From Macrostomum lignano (taxonomy: Eukaryota): a stretch of 64,000 nt of DNA. Below the pieces are notes generated by a model. The model made no database searches. It was not told where the DNA came from and worked only from the letters and a program-made list of their open reading frames with translations. The stretch is taken from assembly GCA_002269645.1 (NCBI GenBank), contig NIVC01000085.1, positions 310,001-374,000 of the forward strand, read 5' to 3'. This document shows, in pieces, positions 49,881 to 62,434 of the stretch. Within the stretch, counting starts at the first letter, position 1; every line of letters starts with the position of its first letter. The position numbers were made by a program, and so were the translations under genes.

Positions 49881-52800
49881 CTACTGCCGCTGTTGAACAG
49901 GTGGCAAGTCGTTGATCTCCGAGATCTCCTCCATGAATTTGGAAATTTCCATCATATCCAAATCAGGCAGGTCCAGGTCGTCTGAGGAATGAGAAAAAAA
50001 GTGGAAAAAAACTATAAATTCGTTTTTGTTTATACTACTTATGACTGCTGTTGAATTAGTAGTATAAACCATAGCAAAAATGTGCAGATTTTTGCAAAAA
50101 TAATGAAAATAAATACCCGGGATTGGCGACTCTTCCTCCCGCTCAGGATGCTGCGGCGGAAGCTGAGACACCGCACCGAATGCCCCGTCAAGTAGGCCGC
50201 TGCTGCACTGCGGACAGGCAAGCCGATTAAAGAAGACATCCGCCGCCAGCTCGTTGTTGCCGCTGGTGTCGGCGAAACGAAGCTCGCACTGGATTCGTTC
50301 GGCCTCGGCCAGCGCCACGGCTGGCGGCAACTGCAGCTGCAGCTCCAGCAGATTCTGCGGGCAGACGGGCGGGCAGCCGAGAGTTTATGAAGAGCTGGGA
50401 GGCTGTGTGTGGCTCAGCAACTGAGGATCTGGGAGGCTGGCCCAGCAACTGAGGATCTGGGAGGCTGTGGCCTAACAACTGAGGATCTGGGAGGCTGGCC
50501 CAGCAAGTGGGACCTGGGAGGCTGGCTCAGCAACTGAGGATCTGGGAGGCTGGCTCAGCTGCTGAGGATCTGGGAGGCTGGCTCAGCAACTGAGGATCTG
50601 GGAGGCTGGCTCAGCAACTGAGGATCTGGGAGACTGGCGCCCAGCAACTGAGGATCTGGGAGGCTGGCCCAGCAACTGAGGATCTGGGAGGCTGGCCCAA
50701 CAACTAAGGATCTGAGAGGCTGGCCCAACAACTGAGGATCTGGGAGGCTGGCCCAGCAACTGAGGATCTGGGAGGCTGGCCCAGCAACTGAGGATCTGGG
50801 AGGCTGGCTCAGCAACTGAGGATCTGGGAGGCTGGACCAGCAACTGGGGATCTGGGAGGCTGGCTCAGCAACTGAGGATCTGGGAGGCTGGCCCAGCAAC
50901 TGAGAATCTGGGAGGCTGGCCCAGCAACTGAGGATCTGGGAGGCTGGCCCAGCAACTAAGGATCTGAGAGGCTGGCCCAACAACTGAGGATCTGGGAGGC
51001 TGGCTCAGCAACTGAGGATCTGGGAGGCTGGCCCAGCAACTGAGGATCTGGGAGGCTGGCCTAGCAACTGACACTCTGGGAGGCTGGCCCAGCATCTGCA
51101 TGAGGATCTGGGAGGCTGGCCCAGCAACTGAGGATCTGGGAGGCTGGCTCAGCTGCTGAGGATTTGGGAGGCTGGCTCAGCAACTGAGGATCTGGGAGGC
51201 TGGCACAGCAACTGAGGATCTGGGAGACTGGCGCCCAGCAACTGAGGATCTGGGAGGCTGGCCCAGCAACTGAGGATCTGGGAGGCTGGCCCAGCAACTG
51301 AGGATCTGGGAGGCTGGCCCAACAACTAAGAATCTTAGAGGCTGGCTCAGCAACTGAGGATCTGGGAGGCTGGCCCAGCAACTGAGGATCTGGGAGGCTA
51401 GCCCAGCAACTGAGGATCTGGGAGGCTGGCCCAACAACTAAGGATCTGAGAGGCTGGCCCAACAACTGAGGATCTGGGAGGCTGGCTCAGCAAGTGGGAT
51501 CTGGGAGGCTGGCCCAACAACTATGGATCTGGGAGGCTGGCTCAGCAACTGAGGATCTGGGAGGCTGGCTCAGCAACTGAGGATCTGAGAGGCTGGCTCA
51601 GCAACTGAGGATCTGGGAGGCTGGCCCAGCAACTGAGGAGCTGGGAGGCTGGCCAAGGAACTAAGGATCTGGGAGGCTGGCTCAGCAACTGAGGATCTGG
51701 GAGGCTGGCCCAGCAACTGAGGATCTGGTAGGCTGGCCAAGGAACTAAGGATCTGTGAGGCTGTGGCCCAGCAACTGAGGATCTGGGAGGCTGTGGCCCA
51801 GCAACTGAGGAGCTGGGAGGCTGTGGCCCAGCAACTGAGGATCTGGGAGGCTGTGGCCCAGCAACTGAGGAGCTGGGAGGCTGTGGCCCAACAACTAAGG
51901 ATCTGGGAGGCTGGCCCAGCAACTGAGGATCTGGGAGGCTGGCCCAGCAACTGAGGATCTAGTAGGCTGGCCAAGGAACTAAGGATCTGAGAGGCTATGG
52001 CCCAGCAACTGAGGATCTGGGAGGCTGTGGCCCAGCAACTGAGGATCTGGGAGGCTGGCCCAGCAACTGAGGATCTGGGAGGCTGGCCCAGCAACTGAGG
52101 ATCTGGGAGGCTGGCCCAGCAACTGAGGATCTAGTAGGCTGGCCAAGGAACTAAGGATCTGAGAGGCTGGCCCAGGAACTGAGGAGCTGGCAAGGGTGGC
52201 CCAGCAATGGAGGATTCGGTTTTAAAGGCCCAGATGACGCAGAGCAGCAGGAGAAGCACACAGAGAACAAGGGACTCACAGCCCTGACAGCTTTGTGCTG
52301 AACATCAGCAATCGGCTCCTCCTGATGCGGGCTCGCCAGCCACATGTTATAATTGCCAGAACCTGGATTTGTTACAATTGCAGAGTTGATTTTTTAAGAT
52401 TTCAAAAATAAAACAACAATGCTCGATAAGCCTACTGTAAGTAGACAGACAGCACATAAATTACTCACGCGCCAGGCCTTCAATATGCAGCCAAGCTTTT
52501 TGCTGAGTTGGCACCATCGGCAGACAGTCGGGCATCATCAGCGACTTCGGTGTAATTCGCACAGCCCTGTGCTGTCCTAAGTAGCATAGATAGCAAATTC
52601 GTTTAGAATAGTGACGGAATTACAATAAAACGGCTAAGTTAAAAAACATTCAGCGAAACCCACTGTAGATGGCTTCAGTAACGATTCGAATGCAGTTGCC
52701 AGTTGGCTCGTGGTGGAACACGAAGGCCAGGTGCACGCTCTCCAGCAATGATATATGGCGCGTGTACACGTCGTGAGCAGTTTGGGTGAATTCTGCCGAT

Positions 52801-54159
52801 ATGTATCGAAAGTATACATTGTAGAGCAATAATTACTACAATATAGGAAAGAAAGTTGCTGCAATTTGAGGGACTCACGGTGGAGAAACGGCACCTCGCC
52901 AGTTTGCAGGCGGTTGGCGATGGCCTGGCGCAGGGCCTCGTGATTTCGCTTGACGCAGAAAATTGCGATGTCGCTCAGCCTGCGCGATAAAAAATGGATT
53001 AATGGATTATCTCTTCCCAGTGTTTAATACCCAGGGTGCTTCCCTTATGCCTTTCATTATAAGCCCTAACACATCGCTTTCTTGCGATCCCGCATCCACT
53101 TTGTGTGATCCCACACACCCGTCTGTGATCTCACATCCCCTTTCCTGTGATCTCACATCCCCTTTCCTGTGATCTCACATCCCCTTTCCTGTGATCTCAC
53201 ATCCCCTTTCCTGTGATCTCACATCCCCTTTCCTGTGATCTCACATCCCCTTTCCTGTGATCTCACATCCCCTTTCCTGTGATCTCACATCCCCTTTCCT
53301 GTGATCCCATATTTCTTTCCTGTGATCTCACATCCCCTTTCCTGGGATCTCATATTTCTTTCCTATGATCCCACATCCCCTTTCCTGTGATCCCATATTT
53401 CTTTCCTGTGATCCCACATTTCTTTCCTGTGATCCCACATTTCTTTCCTGTGATCCCACATTTCTTTCCTGTGATCTCATATTTCTTTCCTGTGATCCCA
53501 CATCCCCTTTTCTGTGATCCCATATCTCCTTTCCTGTGATCCCATATTCCTATCAGTGATCCCATATCCCTATCAGTGATCCCATATTCCTATCAGTGAT
53601 CCCATATCCCTATCAGTGATCCCATATTCCTATTAGTGATCCCAAATCCGTTTCCTGTGATCCCAAATCTCCTTCAGCGGTTCCACATTCCCGCCAATGA
53701 TCCCAAACCATTTGAGCCGTCCTCTTGCCCTCAGTAACCCCGATTCCCCTATAATGATGGTTATCATACCCCAATCTTTTGAAAGTCCCAGAGTCTCTAG
53801 TCAAATGACCCCCCCCCCACTGCTCACTCGACCAGCAGCCCGACCCTGCCATCCTCAAATGTGAGGCTGGGCATTTCGTAGCGACCCCGGAAGATGCCGT
53901 TCTCGCAGCCGCTGCCCACCATGAAGTAGGGATGGATGAGACCCTCCGAGCTGACGGTGGACACGGTGACCGAGATGGAGCCTTGCAGGTAAGGAGCCGA
54001 AGCTGCATCGGTGGACAGACAGGCGGTCACGTACTTGGACCGATTGTACGGCTGCCGACTGTACAAGATTGAGCGAGCCTTCTCAGTGACAAACCGAAAT
54101 CTGTACTCTTGCTGAGGCTGGTCCACGATGGAGGCGGAGAGTTGACATTGAGCAGTCAT
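49881..54159 (-). CDS. Divergent Rel-homology-domain (RHD+IPT; NF-kB/NFAT-like) transcription factor, Rel-2, 7 exons
   Basis: Exons 54159-53828, 52979-52879, 52792-52664, 52576-52469, 52362-52280, 50354-50117 and 49981-49881; all six GT-AG junctions are phase-consistent. Rel-like motifs occur in the correct order: [86 protein letters not shown]. Acidic tail. Family call by eye; the true start may lie further upstream. Confidence 0.75.
50410..52205. repeat. 28-bp intronic minisatellite (ggcccagcaactgaggatctgggaggct)n, 1.8 kb
   Basis: Direct; fills the intron between Rel-2 exons 5 and 6. Confidence 0.97.
53125..53665. repeat. 22-bp intronic minisatellite (tttcctgtgatctcacatcccc)n and derivatives
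   Basis: Direct; lies in Rel-2 intron 1. Confidence 0.93.
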
Positions 54160-54344
54160 GCTCTGGTTGTCAGGGGGCAGCGTCTGCAGGTTGCCATGAC
54201 GGCTAGATCATTATTGATATGTTGACATCTCAATTGAGTCACTTGAAGAACTTAAAATAAAATTCTATTTTTCTGATTCCATGATAACTAGATAGGCCAA
54301 CTTAGGCATATTTTCTATTGTAGGTTAAAATTCTATGTCAGTCA

Positions 54345-54742
54345 CTAAAGAAGCGTCATGTCAGTCATAAAATAATTGTAATGTCAGACATAAAGAATCG
54401 TCATGTCAGTCATTAAAGAAGCGTCATGTCAGTCATAAAAGAAGCGTCATGTCAGACATAAAAGAAGCGTCATGTCAGTCATAAAAGAAGCGTCATGTCA
54501 GTCATAAAAGCGTCATGTCAGACATAAAAGAAGCGTCATGTCAGTCATAAAAGAAGCGTCATGTCAGACATAAAAGAATCGTCATGTCAGTCAATAAAGA
54601 ATCGTCATGTCAGTCATAAAAGAAGCGTCATGTCAGACATAAAAGAAGCGTCATGTCAGACATAAAAGAAGCGTCATGTCAGACATAAAAGAAGCGTCAT
54701 GTCAGACATAAAATAAGCGTCATGTCAGTCATAAAAGAAGCG
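54345..54742. repeat. 23-bp minisatellite (gcgtcatgtcagtcataaaagaa)n
   Basis: Direct; lies between the two Rel genes. Confidence 0.95.
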
Positions 54743-55281
54743 TTTTTTGCTTACTAACAGGGGGCACCTTCTTCTTTTACAAAGTGTTGTGACAAATTCT
54801 TAACAAACCAAAATTAAACAAGGCGAAAAGCAAACTATACCTTGAATAGTTCAAAGAAAAGTACTGGCGCTTTGGTGTAATTGGTTTGCTGAAGCGTGTT
54901 GAAAAAAATTAACTTTAAAGGCACATACACTGTTGCTACTTTAAGTAGCACAGCATGGTGAAAATAAGGCGTACGGTTGCTTTAAAGTACATTGTACACA
55001 GGAAATTATCAACAAGGATTTGATAATCCTAAAAAATTTGGTCACGTCACAATGGTTAGTCAAAAATGAGATGATCAAAACGTACAAAATCGTTCAAGTA
55101 AATCCCTAGAATATCCTAATAGAATCAATCAGAACAACACGCGTTGTGTACAAGAAGCCAAACTATCAGTAGGGTAAATAGTTCTGCTTTAATATAATAG
55201 CAATAATATTGATTTTTCTTAGAAGATAAAATTCCTGACTTTTATGTTGAATTTGAGCACAAAAACTGCGATTACTGGCAG

Positions 55282-55732
55282 TTAAGGATTACTCAAAAAG
55301 GCCATAAGGTCCTCTTCTAGCCCGATGCTGCGCAGAGCATCCACCACAGCCGGGTCACCGGCAGAGTTGAGATTTTGATCGGCTGCCGCTGGTCTCTTGC
55401 GCTTGGACTGCGGCCCTGCAAAGGGACAATTTTATGCCGGTTTTACAAGCATATTTCAAGGTCAAATTTCATATTTCAGTTACATGTAAGTCAAACAAAT
55501 TTCCCCAAAACTCACCAGCATCCTGAGATAGAAACCTGCATCCGCAGTGGCTGCAGCTGTCGGTCAGCACAATGTCCAGGCAGCTGTCCACCTCGCTGCG
55601 GAGGTCCTTCACAACTAGCTGGCCACGGAGGCGCTCGCAGCTGAAATTGCTGCCGATTAGAGTCTGCCGCAGGTCTGGCGTCACGATGGAGAGCAGATGC
55701 TGCGGGGCGGCGTTGTGGGGGCTGGGTGAATG

Positions 55733-55780
<48 letters not shown>

Positions 55781-55847
55781 GTCAGACAGACAGTCACACA
55801 GACAGACAGACAGACACTCAGTCAGACAGACAGACAGACAGACACTC

Positions 55848-55900
<53 letters not shown>

Positions 55901-56021
55901 CTCAGTCAGACAGACAGACAGACAGACAGACAGACACTCAGTCAGACTGACAGATAGACAGACAGTCAGACAGTCAGACAGACAGACAGACACAGTCAGA
56001 CAGTCAGACAGATAGACAGAC

Positions 56022-56074
<53 letters not shown>

Positions 56075-56422
56075 ACAGACATAGCAAAGTACCTTTTGCA
56101 CTTTTTCAATCCGAGCCGGCTGACTGAGATCGGTGTCCGGGATGCACAGGCTCACCTGATACTGGCTCTTGTCCTCGTCTGCAATTTGTAGCGAGGTAAA
56201 AAATAAAAATGCACCTCTATCAATTAAAAGTACATAACAAACTTATAAGAGTGATGGAATAGCGCTCTCACGAGGCAGCGGATCCTTGCGGAGGTCCTTC
56301 ACAACTAGCTGGCCACGGAGGCGCTCGCAGCTGAAATTGCTGCCGATTAGAGTCTGCCGCAGGTCTGGCGTCACGATGGAGAGCAGATGCTGCGGGGCGG
56401 CGTTGTGGGGGCTGGGTGAATG

Positions 56423-56470
<48 letters not shown>

Positions 56471-56537
56471 GTCAGACAGACAGTCACACAGACAGACAGA
56501 CAGACACTCAGTCAGACAGACAGACAGACAGACACTC

Positions 56538-56590
<53 letters not shown>

Positions 56591-56711
56591 CTCAGTCAGA
56601 CAGACAGACAGACAGACAGACAGACACTCAGTCAGACTGACAGATAGACAGACAGTCAGACAGTCAGACAGACAGACAGACACAGTCAGACAGTCAGACA
56701 GATAGACAGAC

Positions 56712-56764
<53 letters not shown>

Positions 56765-57283
56765 ACAGACATAGCAAAGTACCTTTTGCACTTTTTCAAT
56801 CCGAGCCGGCTGACTGAGATCGGTGTCCGGGATGCACAGGCTCACCTGATACTGGCTCTTGTCCTCGTCTGCAATTTGTAGCGAGGCAAAAATACCTGCA
56901 TCTACTAAATACATCCATGTAAAACATATTGAGTGATGGAATAGCGCTCTCACGAGGCAGCGGATCCTTGAAATAGATCCAGACATCTTGACCACCGCAC
57001 AAGCTGCCTTCCGGAGGCAGCACCGAGTCAATGTTGAGCTTCACCAGCTGCTCTGCGGTTTGATGAAGACAATTGAAAATAATCAAGTAATTAAGAGAAT
57101 CTATAAGCTATAGCAGTTTAGACTAGAAGAACTCACTGATATCGGAAACAACATCTGTGACTGCATTAGCAAATTGATGGGGACTGGCCTGCAGAGCCCC
57201 ATCCTTGTCAACAAAGTGCAGCTTAAAGGCCAGTCTCAACTGGTTCAGGTTTCTAGACGTGTACTTCACGTCTTGCAAGTTCT
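55282..57283 (-). CDS. Second Rel-homology gene (Rel-1): RHD C-terminal part + IPT + KRKR NLS; 5' exons not resolved
   Basis: Exons 57283-57137 (NLNQLRLAFKLHF), 57052-56954 (LNIDSVLPPEGSLCGGQDVWI), 56868-56783, 56389-56272, 56178-56093, 55699-55516 and 55415-55282 (GPQSKRKR..SNP*). Phases are consistent and match the Rel-2 intron pattern. Confidence 0.72.
55598..56970. repeat. ~690-bp tandem duplication inside Rel-1 (two exons + (GACA)n intron)
   Basis: 55598-56287 and 56288-56970 are near-identical, including the interruption pattern of the microsatellites at 55730-56075 and 56420-56765. Confidence 0.95.
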
Positions 57284-59381
57284 CTGCAAATGGTTAGCGA
57301 TTTGGTAACATAAATCTGCATGGGTTATGACGTACATCAGCCCTAACAGGTCATGACCTTAGCCCCGCGTTTAGTGGCCCTAAAACTTTATTTATGGTTT
57401 ATGGCATGTACACTTCACTGTGCCTTGGGTTGGCCCTCAAGCTGGGAGTTAATTGCACGAGCAGAGCCAAGCCGAGATTCCAATTCAGTCCCCAGATCAA
57501 TGCGACTGCACTTTGGAATCGAGCCTGGGCCGCTGGTACATCAGACCACTGGGCAACCCCACATGCCCTTCGGTGACACCCGGTCGCTTTTGTTGCACAT
57601 GTTTCAGGAGCTATCAGCTAAATGAACTCAATGCAACTCACTTCCATATGGATTGAAGCCGAGTTCGTTGCGTTTCCTAATTGCGGCAGCCAATTTTGCG
57701 CCAAGTTTGCCAACACAAATTAGCAAAACTTTTTCTAAACTGAAATTTAGAATGAAAATTATCAACTTTTTAGAGACTCAACATAATGAGCTTTACGATA
57801 CATATCGGGAGGGGTTCAATTCAAATAATTTTTATATTGTTTGCATAAAGGTACATATTCTCGGTTAAGGCTTGAAAACATACATATCGATACCTATCGG
57901 TTGAGGTTTAAAACTAGCTAATAAAATTTATACATATCGGTTTAGGTTCAAATACCAATACGCTCGTAGACAAAACTTCAAAACATAATTTTTGAGGTTT
58001 ACAAATTGATTGATAAATTTTCGATACACATCGCCTGATGGGAAATCTGGAGAGGTGTTGGAGGCTCACTTTCGTTATGTTATCTTCCGCAACGATTGCA
58101 TCATCTACAACGTCTCCCCTCTCGGGTCATTGCTGCTTACTCATTGGACAAACGGGAATTTCGGTTGCACTGAAAGCGAGCTGGTGGGATATTTTTCGTC
58201 GACATGGCACGAACGCGCGGTCTCTCCAGTGGCCTCTGATCCTCAGGTCTCTGATTGTCCGACTTGGCAATTCTCGATCCGATAGCTGCCTAGTGGCCTG
58301 GTGCAGATCATCAGCGTTTCAAGTGAGTGTTGGCCGGAAGTGGATACGGTTTCTCCGTAGTGTTAGGCCACAATAGCATGACTTGATCGGGCAGTCGCGG
58401 TGTTTGCCAACCGCAACCACCATATGCCCTCCGCTGCCACAGCTTGGTTGTCGGGTCTTGGGTAGCACCACGGTCGAGCCAATTGTGATTCTGTCGAAGG
58501 CTTATCTTGGACTTGTTGCACTGCTGCATCACTCTCTTGTGAATTTCAGATTCTTGATGTGTTCCTTACTACCAAGACTTTCTCAGTAATCAAGGAACAA
58601 TCACTTCTAGCTTCTTTGCTAGGCAACCCAGTAATCAACTGCAGGTATTTAATTACCTTAATTCGGATTCGCAGTGTCTTCCTTTGTCTCCTGGAGAGTT
58701 CTATTCCGTAGGTCTCGTCTGTGGATCTCTTAGTTGATCTCGTAGATCAGGCGCTTTGATTCTTCAGTCGCTTCTGGTCCTGGTTCCTCTTGTACTTCCG
58801 ACGAAGTTCCTTCCGGCCCGTATCTTCAGTCAGGACCAATCAGAGGCCTCGTATCAAACAATGGGATCCCTGCGCCGAATAGCGGTTTCTCTTTAGCCTT
58901 CTCCTTCTAGTAGTGCCTCTCTGCACTCTAGGTAATGCCCCAGTTATCTCTAATAGACCCTCTAAGATCTATTAGGGTAGTCCTTCGGGCGACTACTGCC
59001 AATGGAGTCTCAATGGACTCAAGAGTCTCAACAGACTCAACTAGACTCAAGTCACACTAGACTTGAGTGATTTGTCTCAAACACAGGCGCAAATGAGAAA
59101 GGCTTACCGCAACAACTCGACCGAGTCTCGATTGACTTGGTAACCAGGAAGTCTCGCTAAGGGCTTCCTCTTCGGAGCGCTCCTCTTTCGTGGGGAGTAT
59201 GACTCCGGTACCGCTTTGGACCGCTTGTATTTATAGACGATTTTGTGGGCCAAAAATAGTAACATGACTCATGTGCAAAAATAGTAACGTGATTCATCCG
59301 CTAAAAATAGTAACATGAATCATCCTTAAGCTTAGGTGCGTATGCGTGTACTTACTTACTTATAGTAGATTAACACTTTGA

Positions 59382-59750
59382 TTAACACTTTACTTTTTGC
59401 GGGAGGTAGAACACTCTACATTCTGTCTGCTTCATCTGCACTGAATTATTGTGCTGAGCCACTCGGAGGGGAGCAGGTAGGGAATCCCTTGCCGGAAATC
59501 CGCACAACATGATACAGTGAACATGTCCATCGTACATGGGATTGCTTATGTGAATCAGTGTGCCTTTTCCATCCATAGTCCAAAGATACTCCGATAACCT
59601 ACTAGGCAGAATTAACTGCAGATTCAGCCCTTCTATTGATTTGGTGATGACTAAGGCGATGAGAATCTGGACCCAACCCTCCATCTCTTCCGAAAACTTA
59701 CTAAGATGTTGGCTTTCGAACTAAGGGCCTGACTCTGACCAAAGCGATTT
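59382..59750 (-). pseudogene. Candidate diverged N-terminal RHD segment of Rel-1
   Basis: The open frame ..KANILVSFSEEMEGWVQILIALVITKSIEGLNLQLILP.. loosely parallels Rel-2 [18 protein letters not shown]. In-frame stops lie just upstream and no clean phase-1 donor was found. Confidence 0.22.
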
Positions 59751-60389
59751 CAGTACACGGCTGTCTAGAAAAAGACACGGAACGCTTTGATAAGCAATTT
59801 TGATCCGGAGGGTTTTGTTCGGAATTCCAGAGGTCTCAGCACTGCCACACGGTGTTGCAGTTGCTGTATTTTCCGCTTCCGTCCGTGCCGACCGCTGACG
59901 GGGTGCTCGGGTCGGGACGGGACTGCCCAGGGCTTGCCAGGTGTGACAGACGAGAGATTGGCGACCCCTGAGGCAAACAGACACTTCAAGGCGGAAGTTT
60001 AGGGGCTGGGAGCATGCACTCTTTTATCCGAGTCAGGCGGAGCGCCTGCACCAAATTCTGGCGAGGCCGGCACTCCCCTGAAAAAAGCTGTTGTATTTGA
60101 TTTCTATTAACAGCTAAAATGTGCGTTTAGTTTGTACCTTACACCATTTTGTGATAAATATTCATTGATAACCTTCAGTGTTTTGTGTCATGTACAGTCT
60201 GTTATTCAGAGGCTTTGAGGCAAAATTCGCGCTCCGAAACCAGTTACTGCCCGGCTAAACAATGCTACTCTTAGTAGACGAATGGTCTATAACTGCTTCA
60301 GAGCTGGGGCAGCCAAGTGCTGGATCGGAAATGCGTTTGACTCTCCAAGTTAAACTGGTGGGTTTGTTGGCGATGTCAGCGAAGTTTAA

Positions 60390-61823
60390 CTGTTAGATAC
60401 TGATGTCACCTGTTAGATACTGATGCCACCTGTTAGATACTGATGTCACCTGTTAGATACTGATGTCACCTGTTAGATAGTGATGTCACCTGTTAGATAC
60501 TGGTGTCACCTGGTAGATACTGGTGTCACCTGTTAGATACTGATGTCACCTGTTAGATACTGATGTCACCTGTTAGATACTGATGCCACCTGTTAGATAC
60601 TGATGTCACCTGTTAGATACTGGTGTCACCTGTTAGATACTGGTGTCACCTTTTAGATACTGATGCAAGGACCACTAGAAGTTACCGCTGTATCAGGACG
60701 CAATACTCGTAAATATTGTAAAATTATTTGAAGGCCCGCTTGTTTGCATTGCAGCTAAACTTTAAATGCTCATAACTCCGGACTGGTTGCACTTAGAAAG
60801 ATAATTTTTTCGCCAGGTTGCTCGAAATTTTGTTCTCTTTAACATGAGTTTTGCAGTTTTGAAACAAAATTAACATGAAACATGTAGGAGCGGCGGGCGT
60901 ACAGTTAAGTAACGGCAATACGCAATATTTCATTGCAGTCAAAATGAAAAGTTTCAGTTATTTTAACCATTGCTTCCTAGTCTCGATAAAGTAGCAGACC
61001 ATACAACATACTCTGTAGTTTGGAAGCTTTATAAAGCGGATAATCTGTACAGAGTTCAGTAGGCTCCAAAGGCGTCACTTCACTATCAAAAACCAGTATT
61101 ATCAAAATCAGGAAGGCGCAGTATTTTTGAAATCTTGGAACACCTGCCCAACAAGGACTCCAACATTCATAATCTTTTGCTGTTCAAATGAACAGTAGGA
61201 GTCAAATAAAACTTGTACAGTAGCACAACTTTATTTGTATTTAAGTTCAATTTCGCTATAAAAACCTCTAATTTCATAAAGAATACATGCGAAATAAGAA
61301 AACAAACTCAGAAAGTAACAATAAGTCAATGTACTTTAAACTTAAACTTTCATACCAATCAAGTCATTCTGTCTAAAAAATCTCTTAAAGTCACAAAGCA
61401 TAATGAATCATAGTACTTCACCATGTTAGCTCAGCAGACATTGATGAATGAACATCTAGATTGGATGGTCCTTGTACTGATGTCACCTGTTAGATACTGG
61501 TGTCACCTGTTAGATACTGGTGTCACCTGTTAGATACTGGTGTCAGCTGTTAGATACTGGTGTCACCTGTTAGATACTGGTGTCACCTATTAGATACTGG
61601 TGTCACCTGTTAGATACTGATGTCACCTGTTAGATACTGGTGTCACCTGTTAGATACTGATGTCACCTGTTAGATACTGATGTCACCTGTTAGATACTGG
61701 TGTCACCTGTTAGATACTGATGTCACCTGTTAGATACTGATGTCACCTGTTAGATATTGATGTCACCTGTTAGATACTGATGTCACCTGTTAGATACTGA
61801 TGTCACCTGTTAGATACTGATGT
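60390..61823. repeat. 20-bp minisatellite A (second locus), split by a hAT-type insertion
   Basis: Arrays at 60390-60665 and 61475-61823. Confidence 0.96.
60666..61474. mobile_element. Non-autonomous hAT-type element (809 bp)
   Basis: TIR caaggacca / tggtccttg. 8-bp TSD tactgatg (60658-60665 and 61475-61482). AT-rich, non-coding interior. Confidence 0.85.
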
Positions 61824-62434
61824 AAAGTGTCGCTGGCAAACCCAAGCGACCATTCTCCATCTATTTCGAGTTCAGCAACAGAAAATCCTCAGTTATAAGC
61901 ATTTTTCTGCAAAATATTAGCCATAAAATTGCAAACTGAATTGAAAATCGTCACAGAGCTCCGCTTGATTTCCAGGCGTCAGCCCTGCCCTCCCTCCCCT
62001 CTCCATCTCTCTTCCCTCGTGTCTCAGCTGCCGCCCCTTCACCCCTGCCCACTGGCAATGCACTTGCTATGCCCAGCACGCAGCCACAGTCAGCTCTCAT
62101 TGTTTAACTCAGCAGAGCTCGCAGCATCTCACTGCTCCTGCATCTCTCACCCCGCTGAGCAGAGCAGCTGCCGGGCCCCCTGGCACCCAATCAGGCCTCA
62201 AACACAGCCGCTGGGTCAGAGAAGAGAATCGGCCTCAGTCCATTTAAACAAATTTCTCTGCACAGGGAGAGCTCAGAGATTTCAGTCCGTGACAGCCGGA
62301 CTTTTGCTGCTGCTGCTGAGCTGGCAGGCAAATTCGCTTGAAGAAGAGCAAAGCACTCAGTTTGAAGCCGTGTGGAACAGCTGCGGCAGACAGCAGATCG
62401 GCAGAGAAGCGCTGCTAGGAGAAGCCGTGTAGCC

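Noticed and set aside
50227-52345. Many PASQILSC-type ORFs
   Set aside because: A 28-bp intronic satellite.
54159-55415. Rel-1 and Rel-2 as one double-RHD protein or as scrambled exons
   Set aside because: Rel-1 has a clear terminal exon with a stop at 55282, and Rel-2 has its own complete, ordered RHD and IPT exon set.
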